DNA of 63,743 nt, counting the filler, from Cercozoa sp. M6MM (lineage: Eukaryota; Protista; Endomyxa: Ascetosporea): assembly GCA_040357565.1 (NCBI GenBank). It is 8 parts of 8 records of this genome, joined end to end, with 100 filler letters (N's around TTAATTAATTAA, not from the genome) between each part and the next. Parts side by side here need not be neighbours in the genome. Positions count along the whole stretch, not along the records: positions 62,576 to 63,743 come from JBDODJ010002139.1; 7 more parts are not named here. One strand, written 5' to 3'. A program made the translations under genes and the position numbers. This document shows, piece by piece, positions 62,672 to 63,743 of this stretch. How positions within the stretch are numbered: position 1 is the stretch's first letter; the number at the start of each line of letters is the position of its first letter. The notes beneath the pieces are model-generated. The model saw nothing but the letters and a program-made list of their open reading frames with translations, was not told the origin of the DNA and did no database searches.

Positions 62672-63731
62672 CCATCGCTCGCTGCAGCAGATCGCCGAAC
62701 ACGCGCTCCGTTTCTGCCACGCGTTCTTTCACCAGTTCCTGTCCAAGGTGTGGGGGGTAGGGGTAGGGGTAGGGGGTAGGGGGTAGAGGGGTAGGGGTAG
62801 AGGGTAGGGGGTAGAGGGTAGGGGTAGGGTAGAGGGTAGGGTAGGGGGTAGAGGGTAGAGGGTAAGCACCATGCGCGCCTCGATAGCGTGCGCAAAGAAA
62901 GCCGTCAGTCGCTCCTGGAAACGCAGCGCCGCCATCGGATCTTCGCGCAGCTCGCTGCAGGGGAGGGGGGGGGGGGCCAACCCCCCCCCCCCCCCCGGGG
63001 GGGGGATAAACATGCAGTACCCATCAGCAAGATGCGCAGCATCCGTCATATTCGGCACGAACACAATCGCGAGGTTCTTGGCGCTCATACTGCATCACAG
63101 GTCGAACGGGGTAAGGGGGTAGGGGGCATGGGCCGGGGGGTAAGGGTAGGGGGTAGGGGCTAGTACCGATTGACGTCCTCGTGCAGTGCGACGTGCGCAC
63201 AAATGTCCAACAACCACAGCAGCACCGAGAGCTCCTCCTACCGCAAGGTAGACAGCAGGGGGTAAAGGTATTTATACATATATATATGTGTTATACATAT
63301 ATGTATATACATATATATGGGGGGGTAAAGAACCTTGTTGACAGTGCTCTGCACAAGTGCCAGCGCATCCGCCGGCGTCCTCGCCTCGCTGTACTTGCAG
63401 GGGGGTAAAGGGGAGGGATAGGGGAGAGGGGGGTAAGGGGGGTAAAAAAGGGGGGGGGGGGTAAAAAGGGGGGTAGAAGGGGGGGCAAAAGGCTACGCAA
63501 TGCGCTGCCGCTGCTGACGCGTGTCGGCGGCGTGATTCAGCAGTCGCTGCGGCAGGTCGCGGAACCACACCTACACCGTCGCTCCAGTGATCCCTCCAGT
63601 CACCGATCATGATCGATCATGATCGATCAGTATCAATGATCAACAATTGAGTCTTTTGACAGCTCGTACCTTGAGTAGGTTGGCCGGCGAGTCCACGTCT
63701 CGCACGAGGCCGCCTTCCAGTTGCCGCACCT
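62672..63731 (-). CDS. RhoGAP domain protein, internal fragment
   Basis: DVDSPANLLK..VLLWLLDICAHVALHEDVNR|MSAKNLAIVFVPNM..DPMAAL; NxMxxxNLAIVFxPN RhoGAP motif. Confidence 0.9.
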
Positions 63732-63743
63732 GGGGGGGGGGGG

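Noticed and set aside
62576-62870. True telomere at contig ends
   Set aside because: G/C-rich tracts are irregular and sit between exons; contigs simply break at them.

Overview
Eukaryotic (protist-like, standard genetic code) draft-assembly DNA. The window is 8 contigs joined by 7 artificial N44-TTAATTAATTAA-N44 linkers, so adjacency across a linker is not biological. Genes are densely packed and split by many short GT-AG introns, so the ORF track shows only exon fragments; gene models below were spliced by eye and their ends are approximate. Recognisable genes: SCAR/WAVE-type C-terminus, M19 dipeptidase, dual-specificity phosphatase, UBA/RING protein, KTI12, Hsp10, porphobilinogen deaminase, Mic10, SLC25 glutamate-type carrier, V-ATPase subunit d, a Zn2Cys6 transcription factor, a longin-like protein, a TMC-like channel, gamma-SNAP, an NTPDase, an RCC1 protein with RanBP2 zinc finger and FxFG motifs, and a RhoGAP, plus several orphan and secreted Cys-rich genes. 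Most notable: (i) introns filled with simple repeats whose motif differs by locus, including telomere-like TTACCCC/CCCTA tracts and complementary repeats in neighbouring introns; (ii) a non-LTR retrotransposon family with a structured 3' UTR and (TAAC)n tail, present as several dispersed fragments; (iii) unusual domain architectures. No CRISPR array, tRNA or rRNA was recognised, and no single novel multi-gene system can be proven from sequence alone.
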